Source of the DNA: Dendrobates tinctorius
Lineage: Eukaryota
NCBI RefSeq assembly: GCF_039654945.1
Contig: NW_027361716.1
Span: 11,904,001-11,968,000, forward strand
Direction of reading: 5' to 3'
Length of the DNA stretch: 64,000 nucleotides
Within the stretch, counting starts at the first letter, position 1. Every line of letters begins with the position of its first letter. This document shows positions 36,619-49,425 of this stretch, piece by piece. The notes beneath the pieces were generated by a model. It was given only the letters and a program-made list of their open reading frames with translations. It searched no databases and had not been told where the DNA came from. The translations under genes were made by a program, and so were the position numbers.

Positions 36619-39015
36619 ATGTCTCGGAAAAGTACATCCTCACTCAAAGCAAGGTCATGGGAAAGCTCCAGCAGGTCGTCCTTAGCAGAGCTAGCTGCTG
36701 TCGCTCGTGCCGAGGCCGAAGCAGCCAAAGCGAGATCCTCCTTCGCCGAAAGAGAGATGCATCTAAAGCTGAGACAAGCAGATCAAGATACAGAAACCGC
36801 ACGCCTGCAAATCAAAACCGCACGTCTGCAGGCAGAGAGATTGGTGGAAGCTGCACGCCTGCAAGCCGAAACCGTACGTTTGCAGGCATACAGAGAAACG
36901 GAAACTGCACGTTTGCAAGCAGAGCTAAAAAGACTTGCGGCAGACAAATAGACAGCAGCTGCAATAGCTAAAGCAGAGTGCTTGGAAGCTATGAAGAATC
37001 CTGATTCTGAGAGACACAGCAGCATTCTCGGACCAGATCTAGAGCAGCAAGATCCAGCGCAATGCGTCGCAGAGTACGTCTGTCAACATTCCGGTGTAGA
37101 TGACAGCCCTGGCGCATCATATCGATCAGCCCATGCCGATTACCAGTGGTCCAACCCCGAGCTTCACTACCATAGGCGAGGAGACGCCCAGTACAGAGAT
37201 GTCGACCACAGCTACCGTTCCACTGACAAGAAGGTACAGCTCCCATCATGCCTTAAAGAGACATCTTCTTCACCAACAAGGTACCGCACAGATTATCAGA
37301 TTATCCGGAGTCACAAGCGTCTTACAGGTATGGTGATGCACCAGACACTAGACATGACTATCACACACCAGCTCGTGCCAGCACTGACGGAGCCATCAAG
37401 GACCTTGCAAAGTTCCTTGCCGCCAAGATCTGGTTACAAAGGGATTTGTAAAGTTCACTGACAAACCCGAGAACTATCGGTCATGGCAAGCCTTGTTCCG
37501 GAGCGCCATTTGTGGTCTGGACCTTTCTTGTGGTGAGGAGTTAGATCTCCTGGTGAAGTGGCTCGGAAGTGAGTCAGTCGAGCATGCCAAAAGACTGAGA
37601 GACATTAATGTAAAGCATCCTCGCACAGCCCTGCATAAGGTGTGGGAAAGACTCGATGAATGCTATGGGGCAGTAGCAGTCATAGAGAATGCTTTATATA
37701 AAAGAATTGAGGATTTTCCTAAGATAGGACCTAAAGGTTATTTAAAGATTAGAGAACAGAGAGATTTGTTGAATGAGTTGCAGGTTGCTCAGCAGGAAGG
37801 AGACTTGCCCGGATTGGCATTCTTGGATACAGCTAGGGGTGTCAATCTGATAGTACAGAAACTTCCTTACAACCTACAAGAAAAGTGGATTGCATGTGGT
37901 TCAGAGTACAAACACAATCATAACGTATAATTTCCTTATTTCACTGTATTTGTTGATTTTGTCACCAAACAATCTAGGATTAGAAATGACCCTAGTTTTG
38001 ATTTTACTCTGTCGTGTTCCACTGCCACTGGTGTCAAACCCGGTAAGACACCCGTGACAGTCCACAAAACTAACATTGATTCCACAGGCCCTCCTTACAA
38101 GGTGAATAAACCCCCTCCAGATGAGAGCAAACCTCAGGATGTCAGTAAATATTGTTCTCTACACAAGAAACCACATCCTCTACTAAAATGCAGAGCCTTC
38201 AGGGAGAAGTCTTTAGAGGATCACAAAGGTTTCCTCAAGGAGAGCAACATCTGCTTCAACTGTTGTGCCGCAACCTCTCACTTCATCAGGAACTGTGAAG
38301 CTAGCGTGAAATGTGCAGAATGCAGCAGCAAGGATCACAATACAGCCTTGCACCCTGGATCACCTCCACGAGTGTTGTCGCAAGCAGAGGAGCACGATGG
38401 AAAGCAGAAGGGCACTGACGAAGACACACCGGATGTCAGCTCTAAATGTATTGAGATCTGTAGAGGACTCACCGGAGGAAGGTCCTGTTCAAAAATCAGC
38501 CTTGTCCGAGTCTATCCTGCAGGCCGCAAGGACAAAGCCGTCAAGATTTAGCAATCCTGGATGACCAAAGTAACAGGTCTCTAGCCTGGTCCATCTTCTT
38601 TGACAACTTCAGCATCGTAGGCCCTGGTTCTCCCTACACCCTGAGGATGTGTTCAGGTAAAGTTGAGACGGCAGGGAAAAAAGCAACCGGATACAAAGTG
38701 GAGTCCATAGATGGCCAGACCTGCCTATCATTATCGACCATCCTGGAGTGCCACTAGATTCCTGACAACAGGTCAGAAATACCTTCACGGGAGGTGGCGA
38801 CATATCACCCCCATCTAAAGCGTATAGCCCACCTGATACCTGGACTAGATCCAGGAACCCCAATAGCTCTACTTCTGGGGAGAGATATTCTACAAGTCCA
38901 CAAGGCTAGAGTATGTAAAAACGGCTCCAGGAACACTCCGTACGCACAGAGGCTCGATCTTGGATGGGTCATCATAGGAGACGTCTGCCTAGGAGGAACA
39001 CACAAGCCTGCCTAA
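36619..39015 (+). pseudogene. BEL/Pao gag and protease, disrupted
   Basis: Coiled-coil ARLQAE repeats; triple knuckle CSLH..H..C, CFNC..H..C, CAEC..H..H; protease LDDQS and LLLGRD. Confidence 0.85.
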
Positions 39016-39099
39016 GTCGACAGCATGCTTACCAATACTCTTGAAAATGGATGTCCATCTCTCTTCTAGCCATGTAAGAGTAGCTTCCTGGTAAAAGAG

Positions 39100-40797
39100 T
39101 TGCCACATTATGCTCCTCTACCTTGTCCATTAGCTGATTCTTCCTGTGAAGACCACTCATGTGACGGCCACCAAGATCACATAGGGTGCACAGTTTTCCA
39201 CAGAACAAGAGAGGACAACAAGGTAGCAATGTCCATAGAAGACAGACTGTTTTTGGACATCATGGATCGAGAGATGGTAAGAGATGAGTCAAAGAGTTGG
39301 ATGGCCCCTCTACCATTTAAACCCCAGAGGCAACGCTTACCCACCAGTCAGAAGTCTTGTAAGGGTTGGCACCATTGCAAACACGCATTTACCACTCCTA
39401 ACCTGGAAAACGCCAAAAACACGATAATTCGTACCATACAACGCGAGTGTTACGCTAAAGAAATAGACAACCTCAACAAAGGTCAACCCATTTCTATAGA
39501 CTGCGTCTTGAAAAAGCTTGATCCAATAATTGACCAAAACGAGCTGATACGAATTGGAAGTCGTCTTCAGGAAGCCAAGGTGGAATTCGTGGAAAAACAC
39601 CCTGTAATAATTCCTGGCCATCATCATGTGACTATTCTGCTCGTACAGCACCATCATGTTTTGGTGAAACATCAGGGTCGATCGTTTACCGAAGAGAATC
39701 TACTAACTGCTGGACTATGGATAGTCGGAGCAAAGAGATGTGTGAGTAAACTCATCTTCAACTGTGTGACTTGTCGCAAACTCCGCGGTATGACTCAAAG
39801 CCCAAAGATGGCCAATCTCCCATCAGACAGACTTAGTATGGATCCTCCCTTTACCAACGTTGGACCGGATGTATTCGGGCCGTGGTCTGTGGTTGCATGG
39901 CACACTAGAAGAGTCCAAGCCAATGCAAAACGCTGGGCAGTTATGTTTACCTGCATGTCCATCAGAGCAGTTCACATCGAAGAGATTGAATCCATGGACA
40001 CATCAAGTTTCATAAATGCACTCCGACGCTTCATTGCAATCAGAGGCACCGTGAAACACATTCGCTCTGACAGAGGCACAAATTTCATAGGAGCAGTGAA
40101 AGAACTCCAAATTCCTTCCAACCTAGACATTACGAGTGTGGAAAGATACCTGAATGAACAGGGATGTACCTTGACCTTCAATTTACCACACTCTTCTCAC
40201 ATGGGAGGTGCTTGGGAGAGGATGATAGGAATAGCATGCAGAATCTTAGACTCTATCTTCTTGCAAGAAAGTAGCACAAGACTCACACACGAAGGTTTGA
40301 CTACATTCTTGGCAGAAGTTTCGGCCATCATAAATGCCAGACCATTGACTGCACTCTCCAGTGATGCTGAAGATCCAACCATTCTCACTCCTGCCATGTT
40401 ACTCACTCAGAAAACCAACACTCCTAGCGCTCCACTGGGAGAATTCAGCAGCAAGGACCTCTACAGACATCAATGGAGACAAGTTCAAAGTCTCTGCAAT
40501 ACTTTCTGGGCCAGATGGAGAAAGCAATACCTCTCCACCTTACCGCCTAGGAAGAAGTGGCAGATCGACAAGCCGAACATCAAACCCGGTGATATTGTGC
40601 TCATGAAGGACAGTCAGTCACATCGAAATGAGTGGCCTCTGGGCCTTATCACCAAGGTGTTCCCAAGCAAAGATGAGAAGGTGCGCAGGGTCGAGGTCAA
40701 AGTGTGGAGGGCTGGGGAGAGTAAACTATTCCTCAGACCAGTTGCGGAGCTAATTCTATTGCTTTCGCCTAAAGAGCCTGTAAGTGGCATTAGTTAA
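39100..40797 (+). CDS. BEL/Pao integrase-containing ORF with RT and RNase H deleted
   Basis: HHCC (H..HQG..CVTC), DVFGP, SDRGTNF, GGAWER, WPLG; APLPFK is joined directly to post-RNase H sequence. Confidence 0.85.
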   Translation: MPHYAPLPCPLADSSCEDHSCDGHQDHIGCTVFHRTREDNKVAMSIEDRLFLDIMDREMVRDESKSWMAPLPFKPQRQRLPTSQKSCKGWHHCKHAFTTPNLENAKNTIIRTIQRECYAKEIDNLNKGQPISIDCVLKKLDPIIDQNELIRIGSRLQEAKVEFVEKHPVIIPGHHHVTILLVQHHHVLVKHQGRSFTEENLLTAGLWIVGAKRCVSKLIFNCVTCRKLRGMTQSPKMANLPSDRLSMDPPFTNVGPDVFGPWSVVAWHTRRVQANAKRWAVMFTCMSIRAVHIEEIESMDTSSFINALRRFIAIRGTVKHIRSDRGTNFIGAVKELQIPSNLDITSVERYLNEQGCTLTFNLPHSSHMGGAWERMIGIACRILDSIFLQESSTRLTHEGLTTFLAEVSAIINARPLTALSSDAEDPTILTPAMLLTQKTNTPSAPLGEFSSKDLYRHQWRQVQSLCNTFWARWRKQYLSTLPPRKKWQIDKPNIKPGDIVLMKDSQSHRNEWPLGLITKVFPSKDEKVRRVEVKVWRAGESKLFLRPVAELILLLSPKEPVSGIS

Positions 40798-42429
40798 TGC
40801 CAAGCGGGGAGTATTCTGCCCTCTTAATAGAGAAAAGAATGTTTTATTATGTGCTGGGTTAATTATAACACCATCTATTTGTGGCTTAATTTATAGCAGT
40901 GTCTTCAATAGCATTATAAAGCCTGTGACTTTAACAGAAGCAATGCACATGGGATTAAAGCAGTGCTTTGTGGGAAGGAAGCAATGTATTCTGGGGTGAA
41001 GAAGGGTCATTTTGCTTCAGTGGGTCTCATAGGATGCACATGTTATTTTGTCCTATGTAAGCTTTGTTTTTCCTGCAACTTCTCTACTTGAGTCACTACC
41101 CGGCTAAAGCATATCTTTTTTACTGCGCATGTTCTATACTCTTCACAAATAAACAAGTTAGACTACAGAGAACAGTCTGCTTATTTTGGAAGACAGAGCT
41201 GTGGTTTATACTGTTTGCTGGATTGCACATCGTGTCAGCGTGCCTGAAGGCAGAATATGTACCATGCTGCAATGATGATGTCCCATCAGGTCAGCTAAAA
41301 AGGAATCTGGGATACTGTCAAGAAAAAAGGCAATATTCAGTGCTGCCATCCAGCGGCCACAGATTACTGACATCGCCGATCAGCCAGGTCCTGACAATCA
41401 ATTCATTCCAACTCTATCCACCATGTAAAATAACTTCAGCTGTTATGGGTTGCACTGGTTCAACATTGTTAATGATAGAAGAGCAGTTTACAGAGGATTT
41501 AGACTATTTTTGCCTGATATGAACATGGGTGCCATGCAACCTTCATGTCAGGGCATAGACCTACTTGCAGCCAGTGGAATGTAGTGTGAATACAGTTCCC
41601 TGGTATCTTCTACCTGTGCTGTTTTACACTTTATCATTCACGTTTATTATTTTTATGTAGAAAAGCTGTAGCCTACTTGTAAAATTCAAAATTGAGTCTT
41701 ATATTGCCAGTAAAGGTTTTAAAGTATTTTCAGGCCAAATGTTTCTGTTGTGGACTTTACAGTAAAACACATCCCTTCCAAGAGAATCATTTGATGTTCT
41801 TAGGCAGAACTTTCCCATTTATGATGAAGGTCTACCGGAAGTTCCTCAGGCAGCCCTATAAGCCATAAAAAGCCTTCTCATTTTCCTACCATGCTGGGAG
41901 AGGAACCATTGAAGCTTGTCAATGGCCAGTGCCAAGACCAATAAAGCAATTATAAACCTGAAATTCATGGTGAGCAAAGCCCTAAAACACGGTGGTGAGA
42001 AGTGTAGAATTAGTCCAGTTCATTAAAATCATTAATAGTCATGAAATGAAAAAACCACTAGAGTCCAAAAGGCTTAATGCCCTATCCATATTAATTAGAT
42101 GGAAGCAAATGTGAAGTGAAAAGCAACACATGGTCTGCAGAATTAGCAACTGCTCTCTGCAGACTACACAGATCTCTATTAAAATTCAGTTTAATTAAAA
42201 TTGATCACATTAAGAAACTGATGTGCTTAATTAACTGAATTCCTGGACCTCTTTTCATATATTTCACAGGTGCCTTGTACGCCGATGTCCTTTGTGACAG
42301 TTAATACCGCACCACTCAAAACAAATTTCACAGCTTTAACACCTTCACGTTCAGACTTAGCATGGAAATAACAACTAGATGGAATAATGGGACAGATTTA
42401 CTTAACCTGGCTAAATTTTAGGCAGCATA

Positions 42430-42577
42430 AACTGAGATGAGAAGGAACTGGAACACCATGAGGAAACCATCCAAAAAATAAGGAGAACCTGGAAACTCCT
42501 TGCAGATGTTGCTCCTGATGAGATTCTAAAGAAAAATCCAAGACAACAGTGCCAACCACTGAGCCACCATGCTGGCC
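42430..42577 (-). mobile_element. Degraded copy of the tRNA-derived SINE
   Basis: Reverse complement resembles 3538-3690 (tggctcagtggtt, caacatctgcaaggagttt). Confidence 0.75.
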
Positions 42578-43518
42578 ATTTATATGTTTCCAGCTTTGCA
42601 TTAATGATGACTGACCCTAAACTGGGGTAAGGAAGGTATAGAGAAGAAGAACATTCTGAACACGATGTTTGAGCTGCCATATATCTACTCATGCGTGGGG
42701 GTCATGTCAATCAATGAAGGCATGAATTTCTTTATAGCCGTTCTTGTCCCCTCCAGTATATCTGTAAGCAAAAGCTTCTTTGTACATGAATGTCAATGTC
42801 TAGTGATTAATATTCTAAAATCCATTTAAACCCAGTAAAAGGTAGCTTTCAATTTTGCATTCATTGAAGCCAAGTGATTTCACTAAACAGGCTTGAATTG
42901 ATTTAATTTGTAAGCGAAATTTCATGGATAGTTAATGCATGGCGCCACAGACGTCCCTTGTGCTCCTCTGCGACAGATCAGTAATTGCACACATATTTCA
43001 TAGATATGACCTGAAATCTACTGCTAATTTTGGATATTACCGACTATTTATGAATTACCAATCAAAGTGGGCACAGTTCTTATGCAAAAAAAATGTCCAG
43101 GACTTGGACCAGTAGAATACTTTCTGTATGTCACAGAGATGTAACTTGATGTGCCTTCTTATAGCGTTGTCTGGTATGACGGACGAGCTTTTTATCAGAG
43201 CTTAGCTGGTCAATATACAGGAGCTTAATTTTGGAAGAAATTAAATAATAGCCTGGTATGATATCACTGATTTTACAAAAGCAACAGAATATCCATTTAG
43301 CTCTGCTATATGTGTATATTAATTACCTCCCCAACCTATTGCTATTGACCTCCTGTACAGTTCTGGCTCCATCTTGATTTTGACATGTCCAGGAATGATA
43401 AACCCTCAAATTATGGTTTCATCACATTTCTACCTTTGCTTCTGACCTGTTTCTGATTTCTTAGGTTTCATCTCGCTGTTGACTTTGTTGCCTGAACCCA
43501 CAGCAGTTCACTTTCCGA

Positions 43519-43785
43519 TTGAGACGAGCGGATCGCTTCACACAACCCCAAGCCACGTTCCAGGATCAGTGGTTTCTGGTGGTGGACATTAGCTGTGTAA
43601 ATTTCCTGAACTGTTGGGTTCCCCTGAACGGTGTTTGAGTCACCAGCCTGGCGTGACATCATCTGTGCACCGTGCAGACTGGGATCCCAGAGGCTAAGGA
43701 GAAGTGCACAGCTTCTGTCCACGGCCAGAGAGCACTGACTGGACTGTGGACCGAGGTTGTGTGAAGTGATCTGCCCCACTCTGCT
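43519..43785. mobile_element. Old MITE (hAT-like)
   Basis: gcggatcgcttcacacaacc / ggttgtgtgaagtgatctgc inverted repeat. Confidence 0.4.
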
Positions 43786-43888
43786 TGCCAACGTGTCTAA
43801 TCTAATATTGAGGCAAATACAGAAACTAAATTCAGAATGTGTTCCACCTACCACTAAAAGCCCTGACAATGAACGTTACAAATATGTA

Positions 43889-44576
43889 CAGGGTGGGCCA
43901 TTTATATGGATACACCTAAATAAAATGGGAATGGCTATAAAAATATGTTGAAAAACTACAGGATGGGCCATTTATAATAATAATAATAATACATTTTATT
44001 TCTATAGCGCCGACATATTCAACAGCACTTTACATTTCTATGGCTACACCTAAATAAAATGGGAATGGTTGGTGATATCAACTTCCTGTTTGTGGCACAT
44101 TAGTATATGGGAGGGCGGAACTTTTCAAGATGGGTGGTGACCATGGTGGCCATTTTGAAGTCACCCATTTTGGATCCAACTTTATTTTTTTCAATGGGAA
44201 TTTCATAAGAAAAACAATGGTGTGCTTGGTTTTAGCATAACTTTATTCTTTCATGAGTTATTTACAAGTTTATGACCACTTATAAAATGTGTTCAAAGTG
44301 CTGCCCATTGTGTTGGATTGTCAATGCAACCCTCTTCTCCCACTCTTGGCACACTGATAGCAACGCCAAAATGGCTGACTTCAAAATGGCCACCATGGTC
44401 ACCACCCATCTTGAAAAATTTCCCCCCTCCCATATACTAATGTGCCACAAACTGTAAGTTGATATCACCAACCATTCCCCATTTTATTTAGGTGTAGCCA
44501 TAGAAATGTAAAGTGCTGTGGAATATGTCGGCGCTATAGAAATGAAATTTATTATTATTATAAATGGCCCATCCTG
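43889..44576. mobile_element. Tc1/mariner-type MITE, rearranged
   Basis: TA|cagggtgggccattta ... taaatggcccatcctg|TA; long inverted arms. Confidence 0.85.
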
Positions 44577-44662
44577 TAGTTTTTCAACATATTTTTATAG
44601 TAGCTGGATCTCTATATTATACACACAGAAAACCATATCCATTGATACAAACATATAATTAA

Positions 44663-45068
44663 TAGGAATCTGTCCCCCCGGTTTTGCTACTCTATCTGAG
44701 AGCAGCATAATGTAGGGACCGAGACCTCGATTCCAGGAATGTGTCACTTACTGGGCTGCTTGCCATAGTTTTGATAAAAAAAATTCTGCTGCAGATCTAC
44801 CAGTTCTCTGAATGCTGAGTTCTGTATATCCCCTCTCACATCACTGATTATCAACTTTTTGTGCACACTGTGCATAGGCAGAAAGCTGCCCAATAGTGGT
44901 GGAAGTAGGGCTATACACAGATCATTAATGTTGTGAACTTCCTGGCAGTAGGTTTACTAGTCCTCTACTTATAATATTCTGTGGACAAAACAATGTTTTA
45001 GGAAACCTGCAGCAAGTGTCGGAGATTGCTTTCAGATTTGGTGTTGAAAACCTGGTGGCAGATTTCCT
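44663..45068. mobile_element. Kolobok/T2-like MITE
   Basis: TTAA flanks; TIR ggaatctgtcccccggtttt / aaaacctggtggcagatttcc. Confidence 0.7.
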
Positions 45069-45300
45069 TTAATGTGTAGATCTAGTTATATAGAAAAATG
45101 ACTAGAGTGCAGGAGAGTGTAACATATTTGCTTTTCTGATTACTTTCGTTACCAAATTTTCTATGAAAATAGACACTGATTGGCCACGGCTTGTTGTGTC
45201 CCCTAGGTTTCCAACTATAGTTCGTGAGCCAGGGCTATAGAATGTAATGTGATTTGGAAGAGCTGGCTCCAGCACTGCAAATGAAAACTTAGGAAACAGC

Positions 45301-46195
45301 AAATAATAATAATAATCTTTATTTATATAGCGCCAACATATTCTGCAGCGCTTTACAGTTTAACAGTTTCAAAACACAAGTCATAAGTAACAACTTTAAC
45401 AATACAATAATTAAAGCAAAATAAGACGAAATAAGACGACCCTGCTCGTGAGAGCTTACAATCTACAATGAGGTGGGGGAGATACAAAGTACAGGTGTGT
45501 ATTTACAATGAAGGTCCAGCCATCTTGAGGGAGTGAGGGATGGATGGAGATAGTGAATGGGCTACTCATGCACACTTACACATAGAATGATTTTGGTTAG
45601 TGAACGTAGTGAACGTGATAAGCCGCTCTGAAAAAATGTGTTTTGAGGGAGCACCTAAAACTATGCAAATTGTGGTTAGTCCTTATTTCTTGGGGTAGAG
45701 CATTCCAGAGAAGTCTTGGAGTCGGGAGTGGGAGGTACGGATTAGTGTAGAGGTTAGTCAAAAGTCGTCTGCAGAGCGCAGCAATCGGTTAGGCCAATAG
45801 ACAGAAATGAGGGAGGAGATGTAGGGGGGTGCTGCACTGTGTAGAGCTTTGTGGATGAGAACAAGTACTTTGAATTGGATCCTATAATGAATGGGCAGCC
45901 AATGTAAGGACTGGCAAAGAGCGGATGTGTCCGAGTACCGATTAGCCAGATGGATGACCCTGGCTGCTGCATTAAGTATGGACTGGAGAGGAGAGAGTCG
46001 AGTAACTGGGAGGCCAATTAATAGAGTGTTGCAGTAATCCAGGCGGGAGTGAATCACTGCTACAGTGAGGGTTTTTGTTGTTTCCATGGTGAGAAAAGGG
46101 CGGATTCTTGAGATGTTCTTTAGGTGTAAGTGGCAAGAGCGGGCAAGAGATTTTATATGGGATGTGAAGGAGAGATTGGTGTCAAATATAATCCA
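45301..46195 (-). mobile_element. L2 LINE 3' fragment
   Basis: ORF 45758-46087 SRLDYCN..LQSILNAAAR..LHWLP; 3' UTR ending in (att)n. Confidence 0.92.
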
Positions 46196-46564
46196 TATCG
46201 TTGCCGGGATCGCTGGTGCATCGGTAAGTGTAACGGTACCCTAACACCCAGCAAAGCCATTGAATCAGCAGGGGGTGATAAAATTTTTTTTTATTTTTAA
46301 GCATCCTGGCATGTTTTTGAGGAAACCATTCAGTTTCAGTGATGGGTACCTTTTCTGAGAGCAAGGACCAAGAGATTCTACCGATTTAGCCCGTGCCAAT
46401 CTAATGAAGAAACTTTCTAATTGCTGGCAATACATGCAGGGTGTTTTCTTATCCTGTGAATGGCTATTCCTTCCACAACTCACTGAAATGCTTTTAATTG
46501 AACGGGTTTTATTAGGTTTTTATTTTTTACTATGGACTTAAAAACTCACAGGCAGGTAGTTACT

Positions 46565-47548
46565 AAAAGTGAACCTGGAAATTATAGGCCAGTAAGTCTA
46601 ACCTCCATTGCTGGTAAAATATTTGAAGGGTTTCTGAGGGATGTTATTCTGGATTATCTCAATGAGAATAACTGTTTAACGCCATATGAGCATGGGTTTA
46701 TGAGGAATCGCTCCAATCCAACCAATCTAATCAGTTTTTATGAAGAGGTAAGCTATAGATTGGACCGACCAAGGTGAGTCTTTGTATGTGGTATATCTTG
46801 ATTTTTCCAAAGTGTTTGATACCGTGCCACACAAGAGGTTGGTACACAAAATGAGAATGCTGGGTCTGGGGGAAAATGTGTGTAAATGGGTAAGTAACTG
46901 GCTTAGTGATAGAAAGCAGAGAGTGGTTATAAATGGTATATTCTCTAACTGGGTCGCTGTGACCAGTGCGGTACCGCAGGGGTCGGTGTTGGGACCTATT
47001 CTCTTCAACATATTTATTAACGTTCTGGTAGAAGGTTTACACAGTAAAATATTGATATTTGCAGGTGATACAAAACTATGTAAAGCAGTCAATACAAGGG
47101 AAGATAGTTTTCTGCTACAGATGGATCTGGATAGGTTGGAAACTTTGGCCGAAAGGTGGCAGATGCAGTTTAACAGAGACAAATGTAAGGTTATACACAT
47201 GGGAAGAAAGAATCAATATCACCATTACACACTGAACGGTAAACCACTGGGTAAATCTGACACGGAGAAGGACTTGGGGATCCTAGTTAATGATAAACTT
47301 ACCTTGAGCAGCCAGTACCAGGCAGCGGCTGCCAAAGCAAACAGAATCATGGGGTGCATTGAAAGAGGTCTGGATACACATGATGAGAGCATTATACTGC
47401 CTCTGTACAAATCCCTGGTTAGACCGCACATGGAGTAGTGTGTAGTTTTGGGCACCGGTGCTCAGGAAGGATACATTGGAAATAGAGTGAGTACAAAGGA
47501 GGGCAACAAAATTAATAAAGGGGATGGGGGAACTACAATACCCATAGA
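46565..47548 (+). pseudogene. CR1 LINE reverse transcriptase fragment
   Basis: NYRPVSLTS, YLDFSKVFD, PQGSVLGP, FAGD (FADD mutated), EKDLG. Confidence 0.92.
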
Positions 47549-47549
47549 G

Positions 47550-48500
47550 AATGTATAGCACAAAATATAAATAATTTTTATTCTCACTGAAATTCATATT
47601 ACATATAATCACACATAGATGCCTCAATCCATCAAAAAATCGCTTGCAGCTTGAACAAAAAACACTTCTGTATCCGCCAATTAAACCATTTACTAGTGCA
47701 TAGATGGCAAAAAATACCCATTCAATAAGAAGATAATTGCCGCTGAAAATCCATGTTATGTAAGGTGCCCATGTAACACCAATTTACATCTAAACATAAT
47801 GCCTGGATTCCTACACAGCAAACAACATCCTTTCCATATGATGGGTGATGAACCATAAAAGACGCTACTAAATATATAGGTAGCGATACCTGAATGTGTG
47901 TCCAAGCTGTCACCGCGACCCACCCCGACGCGCGTTTCACCTGTTCTTCTTCCGGGGGCGTGTCTAAGAGGAGGCTGGAAGTCCTTATATATTACCGGTG
48001 ACCAATCATATAAGAAGTAACGGCCCACACATTAATCCACAGGGAGTGTGCTAATAACAAGCCGGATAATATAGCGGCGCATCCGGCGCCGAGACCGCAC
48101 CTCATGGAACGACCCACTTCCGGACAATGGACTGCAGACAATCGGGAGGAAGTTCAGCGCTACCATCTTGGTGCCGGGACTGGGAGATTCAGTGCGATCC
48201 GGGCAGCGCATGCGCACATAAACCGGCAGTGAAAGTACTTAGTGCCTGTTAATAAGTGTAATGTAGTATAAATAAAGTGCGATGTGCATTATTAAAACTA
48301 GCTTTGACCTCTTATATCAAACTAGCGAGTTTAAATTAAAGCTGGGCAACCATATACCCATACAAAAATCACATAGCAACACCTATTAATGTGAATTAGG
48401 GTGAATTATTAAGTGTGTAAACATATATATATTTTACCAACGTAAAGTGCTCAACTATAAAATTACTTCATTGTACCATAATTATTAATAAAGCCACTGT
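47550..48500 (-). mobile_element. Penelope-like remnant with degenerate hammerhead (47923-47958)
   Basis: Minus strand cccc-cggaaga-agaacaggt-GAAAcgcgcGTC-gggg; boundaries approximate. Confidence 0.5.
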
Positions 48501-49220
48501 GAAAACCCGGCTTTATGTAATATGGGGATGGTCTATGGGTAGATAACAATGCAAGTTCTGTGTTCTCAGTTACTTGTAGCTGTGCCAGTACAGAGAAATC
48601 AAGAGTTAAAATTTCTGTGTTTCCTTCTGTGTGGAGCTGCAGACTATTTAATCTCCTGAAAGCCTGCAGTCCACCAACAGTTATAATTTAACCTGCTCCT
48701 AGTCATCTTTGCAGTCCCTGTACGTACCTCCTGGTTCTATCCCTGCTACTAGACTCTACCATACTTGCCAGTTTGCACAACCAAACAGCAGATAACTCCT
48801 TGACCACAGTCAAGGGGGTCCTTGTTAAGTGTAGACCCCTATATAGGTGTTTGTGAGGAGCTTGCCGTTTACTGGTAGGGAGCACTGGTATGTCGATTTT
48901 ATTGTTATGTTTATTAGAGATTTGCTTGCTCTTCGGTTTAAGGTGCACAAATCTCTCCTGGAAAGTGTTCAGCCTCAAATCAATGTTTCTACTCAGTAAC
49001 AGTAAGCAGATTAAGAAGTGTGGGCTGGATCTCATGTATACATAAGACCTACATTAGCATTTATGTCCAGCATCTGGTGCAGGCATGTGTGTCTTTGTTC
49101 CTCTCTGCAGGGGGCATCCCTAATACATAACCCTTCAGGCAAGCTGGAATCTAGGCTTCTGGAACATTATTCAGCAAATGTTTAGATCGTCTTTGGAAAT
49201 TGTAGATCAGTTGCTGGTTG

Positions 49221-49425
49221 GAGCTGGATACAATTGTTACGGTCGAGTTATCTGTCATCTGAAATTGAGGAACTATCCTAAGGACTGTTTCTGCTGGCTG
49301 GTGCTAGATACATGTGCTATGGTCGTAACATCTGTCGTCTGGATTTGAGGAACTATCCTAAGGACTGTTGCTGCTGGATGGAGCTAGATACTTGTGCTAC
49401 GGTAGTGGTATCTGTCATTTGAAGG
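49221..49425. repeat. 80-bp tandem repeat, 2.5 copies
   Basis: gaggaactatcctaaggactgtt at 80-bp spacing. Confidence 0.85.

Larger units (their letters stand above)
35836..41257 (+). mobile_element. BEL/Pao LTR retrotransposon, internally deleted
   Basis: LTRs 35836-~36274 and 40812-41257; 5-bp TSD tgtac; PPT aagcggggag. Confidence 0.95.

Noticed and set aside
36619-36951. Host coiled-coil gene
   Set aside because: Lies between BEL LTRs in the gag position
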